A stretch of 32,000 bases of DNA from Candidatus Saccharimonadota bacterium (GTDB taxonomy: Bacteria > Patescibacteriota > Gracilibacteria > BD1-5 > UBA6164). The notes under the pieces are model-generated. The model searched no databases. It was not told the origin of the DNA and saw only the letters and a list, made by a program, of their open reading frames with translations. Location of the stretch: the NCBI GenBank assembly GCA_004563595.2, contig CP042461.1, positions 240,001-272,000 of the forward strand. The letters are read 5' to 3'. This document shows positions 1 through 11,137 of this stretch, in pieces (position 1 is the first letter of the stretch; every line of letters starts with the position of its first letter). The translations under genes and the position numbers were made by a program.

Positions 1-582
1 GGAATTGGATGAGTACTTCTTGATATTCACTCTGTTCATATAATCAGAGATGATGAAGTGGTAGTTGAAGATGTTGAATATCAATTAAGAAAAGATGATC
101 ATATGCTTTTGGCTGGGCCAAATGGAATTTGAAAATCAACCCTTCTTGAAAAGATAGTGAATAGTGATGAAACAGGTTGTAGTCTCACAGAGGGAATAAA
201 AATTTGATACTATAGACAAGATTTCTCAAATTTAGATTTTGATCAAACTGTTTATGAATGTTTAAAAGAAGCTTGTGTAGATGATATTATAGAACAAGAT
301 ATGAGATCAAAAGCTGCATGATTCTTGATCAATGGAGAAATCATGAAAACAAGAATTTGAGATTTATCAGAATGACAAAAAGGACTCGTTGCATTTTGCA
401 GGCTTGTATTCTTACAACCTGGTATCTTGATCCTTGATGAACCAACGAATCATATCAACTTTAGGCATATTCCTATAATCGCAAAAGCACTTGATGCTTT
501 TGAGGGAGGGATGATCCTTGTTTCTCATGTAGATGAATTTGTATGGCAAATAAGAATTGATCAGTATTTGGATTTGAAATAG
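1..582 (+). CDS. ABC-F type ATPase, C-terminal nucleotide-binding domain (5' end cut by window)
   Basis: Frame 1 is open to TAG 580-582 with TGA=Gly. Walker A GPNGIGKSTLL (the Gly before Lys is TGA 130-132), signature-like LSEGQKG, Walker B ILILDEPTNH. Confidence 0.85.
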
Positions 583-620
583 GGGGATATTCATAGTAAG
601 AATGAAGAATTTAAAAAATT

Positions 621-660
621 AAAAGAGTATTTGATATGATATATCAAATACTCTTTTTTA
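621..660. terminator. Bidirectional intrinsic terminator between convergent genes
   Basis: Perfect 14-bp stem agagtatttgatat / atatcaaatactct with a 3-nt loop. A-run on the left, T-run on the right. Confidence 0.8.
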
Positions 661-691
661 AGGTATAATACCTTCTGTATTGTGTTAACAA

Positions 692-1057
692 TTATAGCCC
701 CAATTGTTGCCTTATACTATTATAACTATTACATCCTACTTCATTCATCGGTAGCATTATAGCATTCTCCTTTAAGTATGCTTTAATTTTCATATCAATT
801 AAGTTAGAAAATTTCATATTAGCAAAGCGATTTGCAATTTCTTTGTTAATTATTCTTGCGTCTAGAAGTTTTCGAACATCCAGTTCAAGAGAAAAAGCAC
901 TATCAGATTCAGAAATGGTGCATGTTAGTCTTTTCACTAGATCTATTTTTCTAATAGTTGCTAGGTTTTCAGAATAAGCTTTTCCTTGTTGAGGAATGGG
1001 TGGAGTTGTTGTTTCAGTAACAGTTACAGTATATATAATTCCTTGTTTGGGGTACAT
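692..1057 (-). CDS. Hypothetical protein (121 aa)
   Basis: Uninterrupted ORF ending in TAA. GAGGA lies about 12 nt upstream of the ATG. No motif recognised. Confidence 0.6.
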   Translation of the reverse strand: MYPKQGIIYTVTVTETTTPPIPQQGKAYSENLATIRKIDLVKRLTCTISESDSAFSLELDVRKLLDARIINKEIANRFANMKFSNLIDMKIKAYLKENAIMLPMNEVGCNSYNSIRQQLGL

Positions 1058-1206
1058 ATAATTTAATCCTCATTTTTGTTACATGCTTTTGTAGATTATA
1101 TATAGATGAGGAAAAGTCAATATTAGAGGAACAGCTTTTTAACTCTTTTATTAATTTTTGATTACATTACTATACTTTTTTGCACTTTAAACAAAAAGTG
1201 ATATAC

Positions 1207-1249
1207 TATTTATAGTTGACTGTTGATAGTCAATAGTCAACTATAAATA
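1207..1249. promoter_or_regulatory. Inverted repeat (15-bp perfect arms, 13-bp spacer), candidate operator upstream of the HTH-PRTase gene
   Basis: tatttatagttgact (1207-1221) and agtcaactataaata (1235-1249) are exact reverse complements. Ends 10 nt before ATG 1260. Contains a TTGACT hexamer. Confidence 0.5.
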
Positions 1250-1259
1250 ATAAAAAACG

Positions 1260-2237
1260 ATGAAAACAAATACAAGAAATAAAATATATGAATATATACA
1301 GGGAAATGCACCTGTAACGATCAAAAATATAGTTGAAGTTTTTGATATTTCAAAGCAAGCAATACATATTCATGTAATGAAACTTTTTAATGAGGATAAG
1401 ATATATAAAGTATGAAAGCCACCAAAAGTATATTATTTTGCAAATGATGAAATAATAGCTCATGAAGATTCAAAGCTAATACGCACAGATACTGTAATTG
1501 AAAATAATTTTGTATTTTTTGGAGCAGATTGAATCCTAAGATATTGAAACGAATGATTTGAGCTTTGGTGTAAAAAAAGAAATCTAGATATCCAAAAAGA
1601 ATCTGAAATTTATACAAAAACTTTTGAGAAATATAAAAAATATAAAAATACTAAGTGACTTATTGATTGAAAAGTAAAAATGAGAAATACTTTTGATAAG
1701 GTATTTCTAGATGAAGTGTATTATCTAGATTTTTATAGTATTGAAAAATATTGAAAGACAATGCTATGAAATTTGATGTTGTATTGAAAACAAACTTGAG
1801 AAAAAAAGTTAGCAGAAAAAATAATTGAAATTATAAAAGAGCCTATATTCAATGTAATACAAAATAAAAAGATAGATAGCTTCGCTTTTATTCCACCAAG
1901 TATAGACAGAAAAGTTCAACTTATGAGTTTACTGAGAAGTGGTTTGAATATCAAACTTCCAGAACTTAACCCTATTAAAATCTTCAAAGATACTCCGGTT
2001 CCACAGAAGTCTTTGAGTAAAAAGGAAGATAGAATTATAAATGCAAGAGATACTATTTATATAGTTGATAGAGATTTTAAAACTGATACTATTTTACTTA
2101 TTGATGATGCTATTTGAAGTTGAGCAACTCTCAATGAAACAGCAAAAAAAATAAAAGATTTGTGACTCGCAAAAAAGGTTATATGACTTGCTATAGTTTG
2201 AAGTTATAAGTGATTTGAAGTGATTAATGAAGTATAG
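1260..2237 (+). CDS. ComF-family / phosphoribosyltransferase-domain protein with N-terminal winged-helix-like region
   Basis: ATG 1260 to TAG 2235-2237 with many in-frame TGA. C-terminal PRTase motif LLIDDAIGSGATL, both Gly encoded by TGA (2115-2117, 2121-2123). Confidence 0.7.
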
Positions 2238-2332
2238 AAATACCTCAAGTAAATTTTATAAGATATTGCTTTGACTTCTTCCTAAAATTTTATAGAATTA
2301 TGCCACTATAAATTCTTAAATAAAAGTACAAA

Positions 2333-2785
2333 ATGAAATATATATATATTATAATGGTTACATTAATTTTAGCTTCATGTTCAAATAATGTAGTGGTAGA
2401 GGATAGCGAAGTAGTTGAAAAAACAACTTCTGATATAGACACTGAATTATTAGTATTAGATACGGAAGATACAGATAATTCTGAAACAGAATCAGAAGAA
2501 GGAAATATCGAAGCTGAAGAAGAGAATATAGAAGAAAAAAAAGTAGTAAAACTCAGTGCTAAATATAACAATCCTCAGCAAGAAGTTGATATGATGGTTA
2601 ATTATTCATTAGATGAAAATGATAAAATTAAAACAATAGAAGTAATAGCTTCAAATTGGGATTTATCAGATTTTAATACAGCTGCTCAAGTTGTAATCGG
2701 GAAAACTTTGAAAGAAGCAAGTGACGCCTCTATTGCGGGTGCTTCATTAACAACTGCTGCTTTTAATAATGCTCTTAAAAAGTAA
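2333..2785 (+). CDS. Lipoprotein with C-terminal FMN-binding (FMN_bind-like) domain, predicted ApbE substrate
   Basis: Signal peptide plus lipobox LILASC, then an acidic linker. C-terminal DASIAGASLTTAAFNNAL (2723-2755 core) matches the D-x-x-[ST]-G-A-[ST] flavinylation motif of NqrC/RnfG-type domains. Confidence 0.7.
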   Translation: MKYIYIIMVTLILASCSNNVVVEDSEVVEKTTSDIDTELLVLDTEDTDNSETESEEGNIEAEEENIEEKKVVKLSAKYNNPQQEVDMMVNYSLDENDKIKTIEVIASNWDLSDFNTAAQVVIGKTLKEASDASIAGASLTTAAFNNALKK

Positions 2786-2797
2786 TATACAACTTTT

Positions 2798-3649
2798 ATG
2801 AGATATTCTCAAGATCTTTTTTGATCGAGATTAAGTATTACAATTCACGCAGAGGATATAGATAAGAATATAGTAGATCATTGTTTTTCAGAAACTGAAA
2901 AATTTGAAAAAAAATACTCTCGATTTATAAAGTGAAATTATTTATATGAACTGAACAAAAATAAAAGCTCTCAAATAGACAGGGAGTTTTTATCAGTTAT
3001 AAATCTATGTAAAAAAGTTTCAGATATAACAGGGTGAATTTTTGATATCACTATACTTCCTTTACTTGAGAATATTGGATATTGAATAGAAAAAGATAAG
3101 CTCGAAGAAAATATTTGATATAAAAATATCGAAATAAATTGACAAAAAATTATTCTGAATAATGGAGCATCAATTGATATTTGAGCCGTTTGAAAATGAT
3201 ATATGGTTGATAAGATATATAATATTTTAGATACCCATTTTCAAAGTTTTATCATAGACTTTTGAGGAGATATTCGAATAAAATGAAAAGAAAATATCTT
3301 TTTAGAGGACCCAAATGATGATAAAAAAGTTATTTGAAGTATTGAACTTGATGATATATCAATTGCATCATCATCAGCTACGAAGAGAAAAACAAGTATA
3401 TGACACCATCTCATAAGTGCAAAAGAGAAGCAATCTCAAAATGATAAAATAGCAGTTTATGTGACACATAAACTCTCCAGCTTTTCTGATATTTTCTCTA
3501 CCGCACTATTTGTCTGCCCACTAGAAAAATCAATCGAAATATTAAATAAAATAGACTGACTTGAAGGACTTATTATAGCAAAAAATGGGGAAATATATAA
3601 AAGTAGAGGTTTTAATTGTAAATTACAGAGCATATGATCAAAGATGTAA
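2798..3649 (+). CDS. apbE: FAD:protein FMN transferase (ApbE family)
   Basis: ATG 2798 is 12 nt after the upstream stop. TAA at 3647-3649. Motifs FDITILPL, IGAVGKGYMVD, DFGGDIR, SIASSS with TGA=Gly. Confidence 0.8.
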
Positions 3650-5133
3650 AAGTGATTGAAGGATGTATTAGTTGTAGAAACTGTGAAACAGTTGCTCCTA
3701 CTACTTTTAAAGTTGCACCAAAATCTAAAGTTATTTCTGACAGCTTTGAAGGAAATGAAGCTGAGATATTGCAAGCGGAGTTAATGTGTCCTGTAAATGT
3801 TATAAAGGTAAATAAAAAGGGAGGATTTACTCTTTCTTTTAATGAAGCAGTTGTACAGAAAAAGAAGTTTCTTACATCTGATATTTTAGAGCTTACATTT
3901 TCAGCATCAAATTTTTCATTTAAACCAGGGCAATATATCTCATTACAAATGAACGATTGGAAATGAAAATTTTCTCGTTCATACTCAATTGCAAGCTATA
4001 ATAGTGGGATGTTTACTTTGACTGTAAAGCTTTTGAGTAAATGAAGGTGAGCAAGATTCTTAAGTTGTTTAAAAATTTGAAAAAAAATTAATTATCTAGG
4101 AGCTTTATGAAATTTTCACTTGAAAAATACTCCAGTTAAAAAGACATTAATAGCAACAGGGACCGGGTTAGCTCCTATGATCTCTATGCTTCAAAATATG
4201 CCAGAGAAAGTAGAAAAAAAGGTTATATATTGAGTGCGATTTGAAAAAGATGTATATTACAAAGAAATATTAGAGAAGTTTGCTAATACTCACGTAACCA
4301 TTCAAGTATCACAACCAGGGAATGATTTCACCTGAAATAAATGAAGAGTAACGGATTGTTTAGATGAAATTTCTTCTGACTCAGAGGTCTATATTTGTGG
4401 GAACCCAAATATGGTTGAATCAGTAAAAAAAGGGTTATTAGAAAGATGACATTCAGAGAACTTAATATTTAATGAAAGCTTCACAGTTTCAACAAATCAT
4501 CCAAGCTTATGAAGGGATATTTTTATAAATGGAAATATCCCATGAATTAATATTTTTTCTTGGCTGGTAATAATCATCTGATTATTTGTCATTCCAAGTT
4601 TATGGTATTCCCATGTTGTGAATAATGCTTTGTATGCTGATTTTTTATTTTTCTGAACATTTATGTCGTTTCTCTGGGACCTGAGTTGGTGGTCAGTTGT
4701 TTTTGTTATGTGAATCAGGCCTCTTTCACATTTGTTCCCCAAAATAGGACTGTTAAGAAAATTAACAAGTTTAAGAAAAGCATTTTGAATACTCTCATCA
4801 TCAATAATTATAACGGTACTCTTATGAAATTTTATACTTGATTCTTCAAATTTTGTAAAATATTTTTCGAGTACAAAATGGGAATTATACTATCCGATTA
4901 TTTGAAGAGTATCTGAAATAACATGATTGATACTTTTATTAACATCAAATAATATATCACAAAGAAAACTTTGAATCTGGTGGAAGAGAATTCAAAGAAG
5001 CTCATACCTCTATTTCATTAGTGGATGAATTATAGCTGCTCAGTATGCACCATTAAAAATATATCCTGCTATGGGAGTTGTGATTTTCTTATGGGTGTTA
5101 TCTGAGTGAGTTACCAGGTTTGGAAGGAACTAA
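3634..5133 (+). CDS. Fusion protein: ferredoxin domain + FNR-like FAD/NAD(P)H oxidoreductase + C-terminal multi-pass membrane domain (ferric-reductase/MsrQ-like?)
   Basis: ATG 3634 overlaps the apbE 3' end by 16 nt. CISCRNCETVAP...MCPVNVI (Fe-S motif). RSYSIAS, GTGLAPM and YICGNPNM (FNR motifs). About 200 aa of hydrophobic helices containing RKLGIWWKR. TAA at 5131-5133. Confidence 0.75.
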
Positions 5134-5145
5134 ATAGATTAATAT

Positions 5146-5194
5146 TAAAAAAAAAGACCAGTTTTACATTGCGGTAAAACTGGTCTTTTTTTTA
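5146..5194. terminator. Bidirectional intrinsic terminator
   Basis: 13-bp perfect stem agaccagttttac / gtaaaactggtct, 6-nt loop, flanked by an A-run and a T-run. Confidence 0.85.
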
Positions 5195-5202
5195 ATATTT
5201 TC

Positions 5203-5466
5203 TTAATTTTCTTCTATCATATGTGAGTCATCTCACATATCCATCATGTCATGTCACATATCTCATTCGCCACCCATCATTTTCATATGTTCTTCGATAG
5301 TCATATTCATTCTTGATGCAGCATTTTTCATATCTTTATATTCAGCTACAGTCATATTGTACTGTTCTGCTTGCTGAGTTTCTGTGAGTGGAGCATCTGA
5401 AGATCCACAAGATGCAAGTCATAGAGTTGCTATTAAAAGCAGACTTATTAATATTATTTTTTTCAT
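5203..5466 (-). CDS. Small Met/His-rich lipoprotein (87 aa), putative metal-binding accessory protein
   Basis: MKKIILISLLLIATLGLASC lipobox. C-terminus HMKMMGGEGDMGHDMMDMGDDSHM. Last gene of the RND operon. TAA at 5203-5205. Confidence 0.65.
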
Positions 5467-5527
5467 AAAAATTACAGTAAATTATTAAAATAACATGAGT
5501 TTTTATAAGTTTTCTTTCTTAGTAAGT

Positions 5528-8500
5528 TTAAAAATTAATTTTTCTTTCTCTCAAATAAGAGAATAGTATTGGTAAAACAAATAAAGTTAAAGCAATCGAT
5601 GTAATTAATCAACCTACAACAACTATTGCTAATGGTTTTTGTAACTCTGCACCCGTTCATGTACTCCATATCATTGGAAGCAATCATATGACAGAGGTAA
5701 ATGCTGTCATAAGTACTGGTCTCAGCCTTACCATGGCTCAATGAACTACGGATATATGTATTCATTCTTTTGTAATTACCGTAGTTTCAAAATCTTCTTT
5801 TTTAAGAGTTTTTTCATCCATAAGTGGTAATCAAAATTTTTCCCTAAAAGCATTTTCTAGATATAAGATCATAACAATTCCTGTCTCAACTGCATTTCAG
5901 AAAAGAGATATGAATCACACTGAAACAGCTACTGAGAAGTTAAATCAAGATATAAATAAAGCAATTACTCATCAGACTAAACTAAATGGAATACTTAGAG
6001 CAACTATTGCAACAAGTCATATATCTTTGTAAGCCAAAAATAGTATAAAAAGTATTATTAAAATAACCGTTGGAACTACTACTTTTAAAGTATTTTTAGC
6101 TCTCACTTGATTTTCATATTGGCCAGTCCATTCAATAAAATATCATTCTGGTAATTCTAAATTTTCATCAATATATTTTCTTCATTGTTCTACAAATGTT
6201 ACTAAATCAACTCCTCTAACATTCATTTGTACAGCTGATCTTATGACTCAATTTTCACTATTAATGGTAGCAGGTCAATTTTCTAATGATATATTAGCAA
6301 CTTGAGATAATGTAATATTTCAAGATTGACTTGGTATTTCTAAACTTTTTATATCATCTAAACTTTCTCTAAAATTATTTTTTAGTCTTAATTCAATACT
6401 ATATTTCTCTCTTCAAGAAATAGTGGTAGTAATGTTTTTTCAACCTACTCATACTGCAATCGTATCAAGGACATCTCATTTTCTTACACTATACTGGTTT
6501 AATTTTGTTTCATCTAAATCAATCTTTAAATATTTGAGTCATGTTGTTCTGATCGCTGTTGTTCAAAAACCTCCTGGAACATTTCAAAGAAGTTCTTCTG
6601 TCTTTATAGCCAACTCTTCTAGTTTTATAGGGTCATCTCAAAATATTTTGACTCATACTTGTGCTCTAATTCATGTAGAAAGCATATCAATTCTTCAGAT
6701 AATTGGTTGAGTAAATCAATTCCACAAATTATTGATTTTTATTTTACTATTCATCTCATTAATTATATCACTCTTAGTAATTCCTTCTCTCCACTCAGAT
6801 TTTGGTTTTAAAGTAATAATACTTTCTAACATAGCAAGGGGAGCTGGATCAGTAGCAGTAAGAGCTCTTCAAGCTTTTCATACTACTTTTTCTACTTCAG
6901 GTACTTCAGATATTATTCTATTTGATTCTATCAGTAAGTCTCTTGCTCTTCTGTCACTTACATCAGGAACAGTCATTGGCATATACATTATCGATCCTTC
7001 ATCAAGTGGAGGCATAAATTCTGAACCTATTTTGTTAAATAATCAAAATCAAATTATTAGAAGTATTCCACTTATTGAAAGAACTGTTTTTCTCTTTTTT
7101 AATGCATAAATAAGTATCGGTTCATAAACTTTTTGTAATATTCTCACAACTGGTATTTCATGATCTTTTTTCAACTTTCATTTCAGAAAAAATACACAAA
7201 GTACTGGAGCTAAGAATAAAGAGGAAAAGAGAGCTCAAAGCATTGCAAACATATTTGTAAATGCGAGTGGTGAAAATAATTTTCCTTCTTGTCATTCTAG
7301 TGCAAATATTGGTAGAAATGAAAGAATAATGATAAGTATTGCAAACATAAGAGGTCAAGCAACTTCTTTTGTTGATTCAGTAATTATTTTTGTTCTTTCT
7401 TTAAAATTTGAGTTTTCTTTTCAGAGGAGTTTATTATATGCATTCTCAGTTACTACAATAGCAGCATCTACCATTGTTCATATTGCAATTGCAATTCATC
7501 AGAGAGACATAATATTCGATGGAATATGAAACAACTTCATACATAAAAATGTAATAAGGATTCATACCACTAAAGAAACTGCTGTTATAAGAGAAGCTCA
7601 AAAATTCCATAAAAACAAAAACAAAATAACTAATGTAATTAAAAGCTCAGAGGTTAATATTGATTTAAGAGTTGCAATGGATTCATTTATTAAAGTTGTT
7701 CTATCATAAAAAGAAACAATCTTGACTCATTCAGGTAAACTTTTTTCTAGTTCGGTGATTTTTTTCTTAACACCTTCTATTATTTCAAGGGGGTTTTGTT
7801 TGTATCTCATAATAACTATACCTCACACTTTTTCTTCATCTTCATTTGCAAGTATTCATCTTCTAAACTCTGCTCATATTTTTATGTCTGCTATATCTCA
7901 GAGCTTAATTGGTACTCATGTAATATCTTTTATAAAAGTATTTTCTAAATCACTGAGTTCATCTATAAATCATATTCATTCAATTGCTATTTCACTTCAT
8001 CAAATATCAATAACTCTTCAAGAAACATTATTATTACCTTTACTAATAATACTTGATATTTCTTTTAAAGATATATTGTAATTAGATAATTTTAATGGAT
8101 CAATAATAATTTGAAAGTTCTTTTTAAATCATCAAATTGAAGCGACTTCTGCAATTCAAGGAACACTCTGTAATCATAATTTCACATAAAAATCTTGTAG
8201 AGTTCTCAGCTCAGTTAAATCATGGTTATCACTTTCTAGAGTATACATAAAAACTTGTCCTAATCATGTTGCATCAGGTCAAAGAATTGGTTTAATTCAA
8301 GGTGGTAAGTCAGATGAAATCAAACTTAATCTCTCATTTACTCTATCACGAGCAAAATATTCATCTACATTATCTTCAAAGATAACGGTCACCATGGATA
8401 TTCACAATTGACTCATAGCTCTTACATCTCTTACTCAAGCTAAACCTTGCATTCCAATTGTAATGGGATATGTTACCTGGTCTTCAATGTTTGTAGGAGT

Positions 8501-8695
8501 TTGTCATGGCCATCTTGTCATGACTATCACCTGATTTTCTGATAAATCGGGGAGAGCATCTATTGGTGTTTTATTAATGGCTACAACTGAAATAATAGAT
8601 ATTGTAATAAATATTATAACTGTTATGAATGCATTATTAATAAAATAATTAATTAATTTATTCAGCACTCCAGGAGTACTTGCTTCACTGCGCAT
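5528..8695 (-). CDS. Heavy-metal-efflux type RND permease (CusA/CzcA family), 1055 aa
   Basis: N-terminus ...[45 protein letters not shown]. Length is a multiple of 3 with C-terminus [19 protein letters not shown] at 5528-5530. Interior not checked codon by codon. Confidence 0.8.
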
Positions 8696-8701
8696 AATTG
8701 T

Positions 8702-10459
8702 TTATTTAATAAATATAGGCGTTGTAACAACTTTCAGTGTTTCATCAAAACTTCAAGTAACCAGTGAATATTCTCCGTCATCTGAAACAATATTTACATC
8801 ACGAATTCAAAGCTTTCAATTTTCTTTTTTGTAATATACAATTTTTCTTTCCACTTTGTTATAAACACTTGAACTAGGAATTTTAAATACTTCTTTTTTG
8901 GTTTCTAAGTTCACTCTTAGTGTTGATTTATTTGGAAGAGTTATATTTGCATCAACACGAGCTTGAACTGTGATACTAAAGGTCTCTTCATCTATTTCTG
9001 GTGAAATACGATAAATAGTTCAGGTAAAACTAGAATCAATCTTATCTCAGAGAGAAAAAACTATTTCTTTTCATATACCTAGATTTTTCACTACATTTTC
9101 TGGTACATAAAATTTAACCTCTTTTTTCGTAATTCTTGAAAGAGTTGTATCTACTCAAGTTAACCTAAAAGCTTCCATATTTGGAGATATTTTTTCTCAA
9201 ACTTCAATTCATCTCTTAGATATAACTCAACTAAAAGGAGAAATGATTTTATAATCTCATGATTTAATATATTCACTATTTAAATCTGCGTTTGCTACTG
9301 CTATTTCATTTTTTAAAGTAGTAATAGATATATTCTCATTTGCAATGAGTAGGTTTTTTGATTTCTTCAGAGTTTCGAGAGATGCTTTTAGTGTTTCAAG
9401 CTGTAAAGATGTATTTGTTTTTAATTTTGCTAATTCTAAAACCAAATTTTCAGTTTTTTCTTCTTCACTTTTTAATAAAATATTATAATTATTTATGGCA
9501 TCATCATAGCTTTCTTTTTTTTCTGAAAGCTCAGAGTTATATTGGTTTATGAGATTGATGTAAGAAGTAACTTGAGTCTCTGTTGTATCAACTGATATAA
9601 TAGTATTTTTTAAAACCTCTATAAGATTGTTATTTATGGAAGTGAGTTCATTATGTTTGTCTGAAGTGTTGAGACTTCATTTATCAGATTGAAAACTTAC
9701 CACTGTTTCAAGAAGACTATTTTTTAATCAACTATTTTTTGCTCAAAATATATCTGATAGATCATGAGTGTTTATTTTGTCATAATCAATCTCATCTTCA
9801 TTCCCAATATAAAAAATAGGGATAATATTATGAAAAACTTCTTCAGTTTTTATATTTAAGAGTTCTTCTTTTTGGAAAATATTATTTTTACTATTATATA
9901 TCTTTTCATTGAGAGAGGATATACTATTATTCTTAACCTCACCATCTGCTATTTGTTTTTTTAACTTGGTAATTTGAGAGTCAAAGCTTTTAATAGTTTC
10001 AGAGATTATGATTTCTTTTTCGTATATTTTAGCATCAATTTCAGATACTTTTGCATTTTTAACACTTTTTACATCACTTAATAGATTATATTTTGTTGAA
10101 ACAACCGTATCTTTGAGCTTAATTTTTGATTGTCACTCTCCTCATACTCATGGATTGAATAAGAGAGCAAGAGTGTCTCATGCTTTTACTTCATCTCATA
10201 TATCTACGAGAATATCTCTTACCAGAGCATCTCTTCTTGGGTAGATTGATGCTATGTCATTTGAAATAAATTCTCATTTAAAAGAATCATTTTTTGACGT
10301 TCTTTCAGGAAAAGTATACTCATATGTTTTTTTATTCTTTTTTTGATCAGTATTATTAACTATTCCATTCTCAGGAGTATTTGTTGATATAAATGCTCCT
10401 CCTCAAATCAGGAGAGATAACATGATTATAGTTGATAAAGCCCATTTACTTTTCTTCAT
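8702..10459 (-). CDS. Efflux adaptor / membrane-fusion protein (HlyD-like), 585 aa with a very long insert between the lipoyl half-motifs
   Basis: N-terminal membrane anchor. Lipoyl half-motifs VRDILVDIGDEVKAGDTLALL and IISPFSGVISKRGIEVGEKI are separated by about 300 aa of K/E/N/S-rich sequence. Stop is 6 nt before the RND start. Confidence 0.75.
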
Positions 10460-10553
10460 TGATAAAATTTAGGTAACTAAAAAAAACTTCCGTGTTATAG
10501 TTTTTAGACGCATAAATAAACCTGTATTTATCTATCTAAAATAAGGAAGTTCT

Positions 10554-10949
10554 TTAGTTATTATTCTTTATGATACCTGTTAGCAGGGCATATGTATTTT
10601 TTTCTGCTCCTCTTTCTGTTTTATATGGTGGAGATGTCAGTTTTTCTAAACAATTTTCTTTTAACTCCGTTTGAAATATTTCTAAAAAGCTATAATCAAT
10701 AATTTTTCATTTGAGTCCAGTTTCGTTATTTACAGCATGAGTATTTGAAATACTTGAAGCATCATTGAAAGGGTAAATACAACATTTATTTTGATTTTCG
10801 CTACATTTACTACTCATGCCAGCCATATCAGCTTGTTGCATTTCCATGATCATTTCTCATTCTCACACCATCAAATTTGCCATAGCTGTATTTGTATAGC
10901 TGATAGCAAAAATCGAAAGGATTATGAGGAACGAAACTAATTTTTTCAT
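10554..10949 (-). CDS. Secreted Met-rich small protein (131 aa)
   Basis: Signal peptide MKKLVSFLIILSIFAISYTNTAMA followed by NLMVGEGEMIMEMQQADMAGM. First gene of the RND operon. TAA at 10554-10556. Confidence 0.6.
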
Positions 10950-11137
10950 AAGAGTGATTTTTTAATTACTTATATATATGCTATTTTGAAATAATAAAAA
11001 GTCAATTCTTTTAAGAGTTTCTTTCTTTTTTCTATTCTGTAATAATTTTAATTACATTTGATAGAAGAGTGAAAATTATTATAATGAAAATACTTGCAAG
11101 AAGCAATTTGTATTATATTCGTATTACATTCATACTC

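Noticed and set aside
6423-8081. Plus-strand ORFs from the track (6423-6710, 6732-7109, 7329-7529, 7722-8081)
   Set aside because: They are antisense to the CusA/CzcA-like RND gene, are Ser/Ile/Phe-rich low-complexity translations, and disappear as independent units once the minus-strand gene is read with TGA=Gly.
10460-10553. Internal terminator or attenuator between the Met-rich protein gene and the adaptor gene
   Set aside because: Only a 7-bp stem (aacttcc/ggaagtt) with a loop of about 58 nt before a T-run. Too weak to call from sequence alone.
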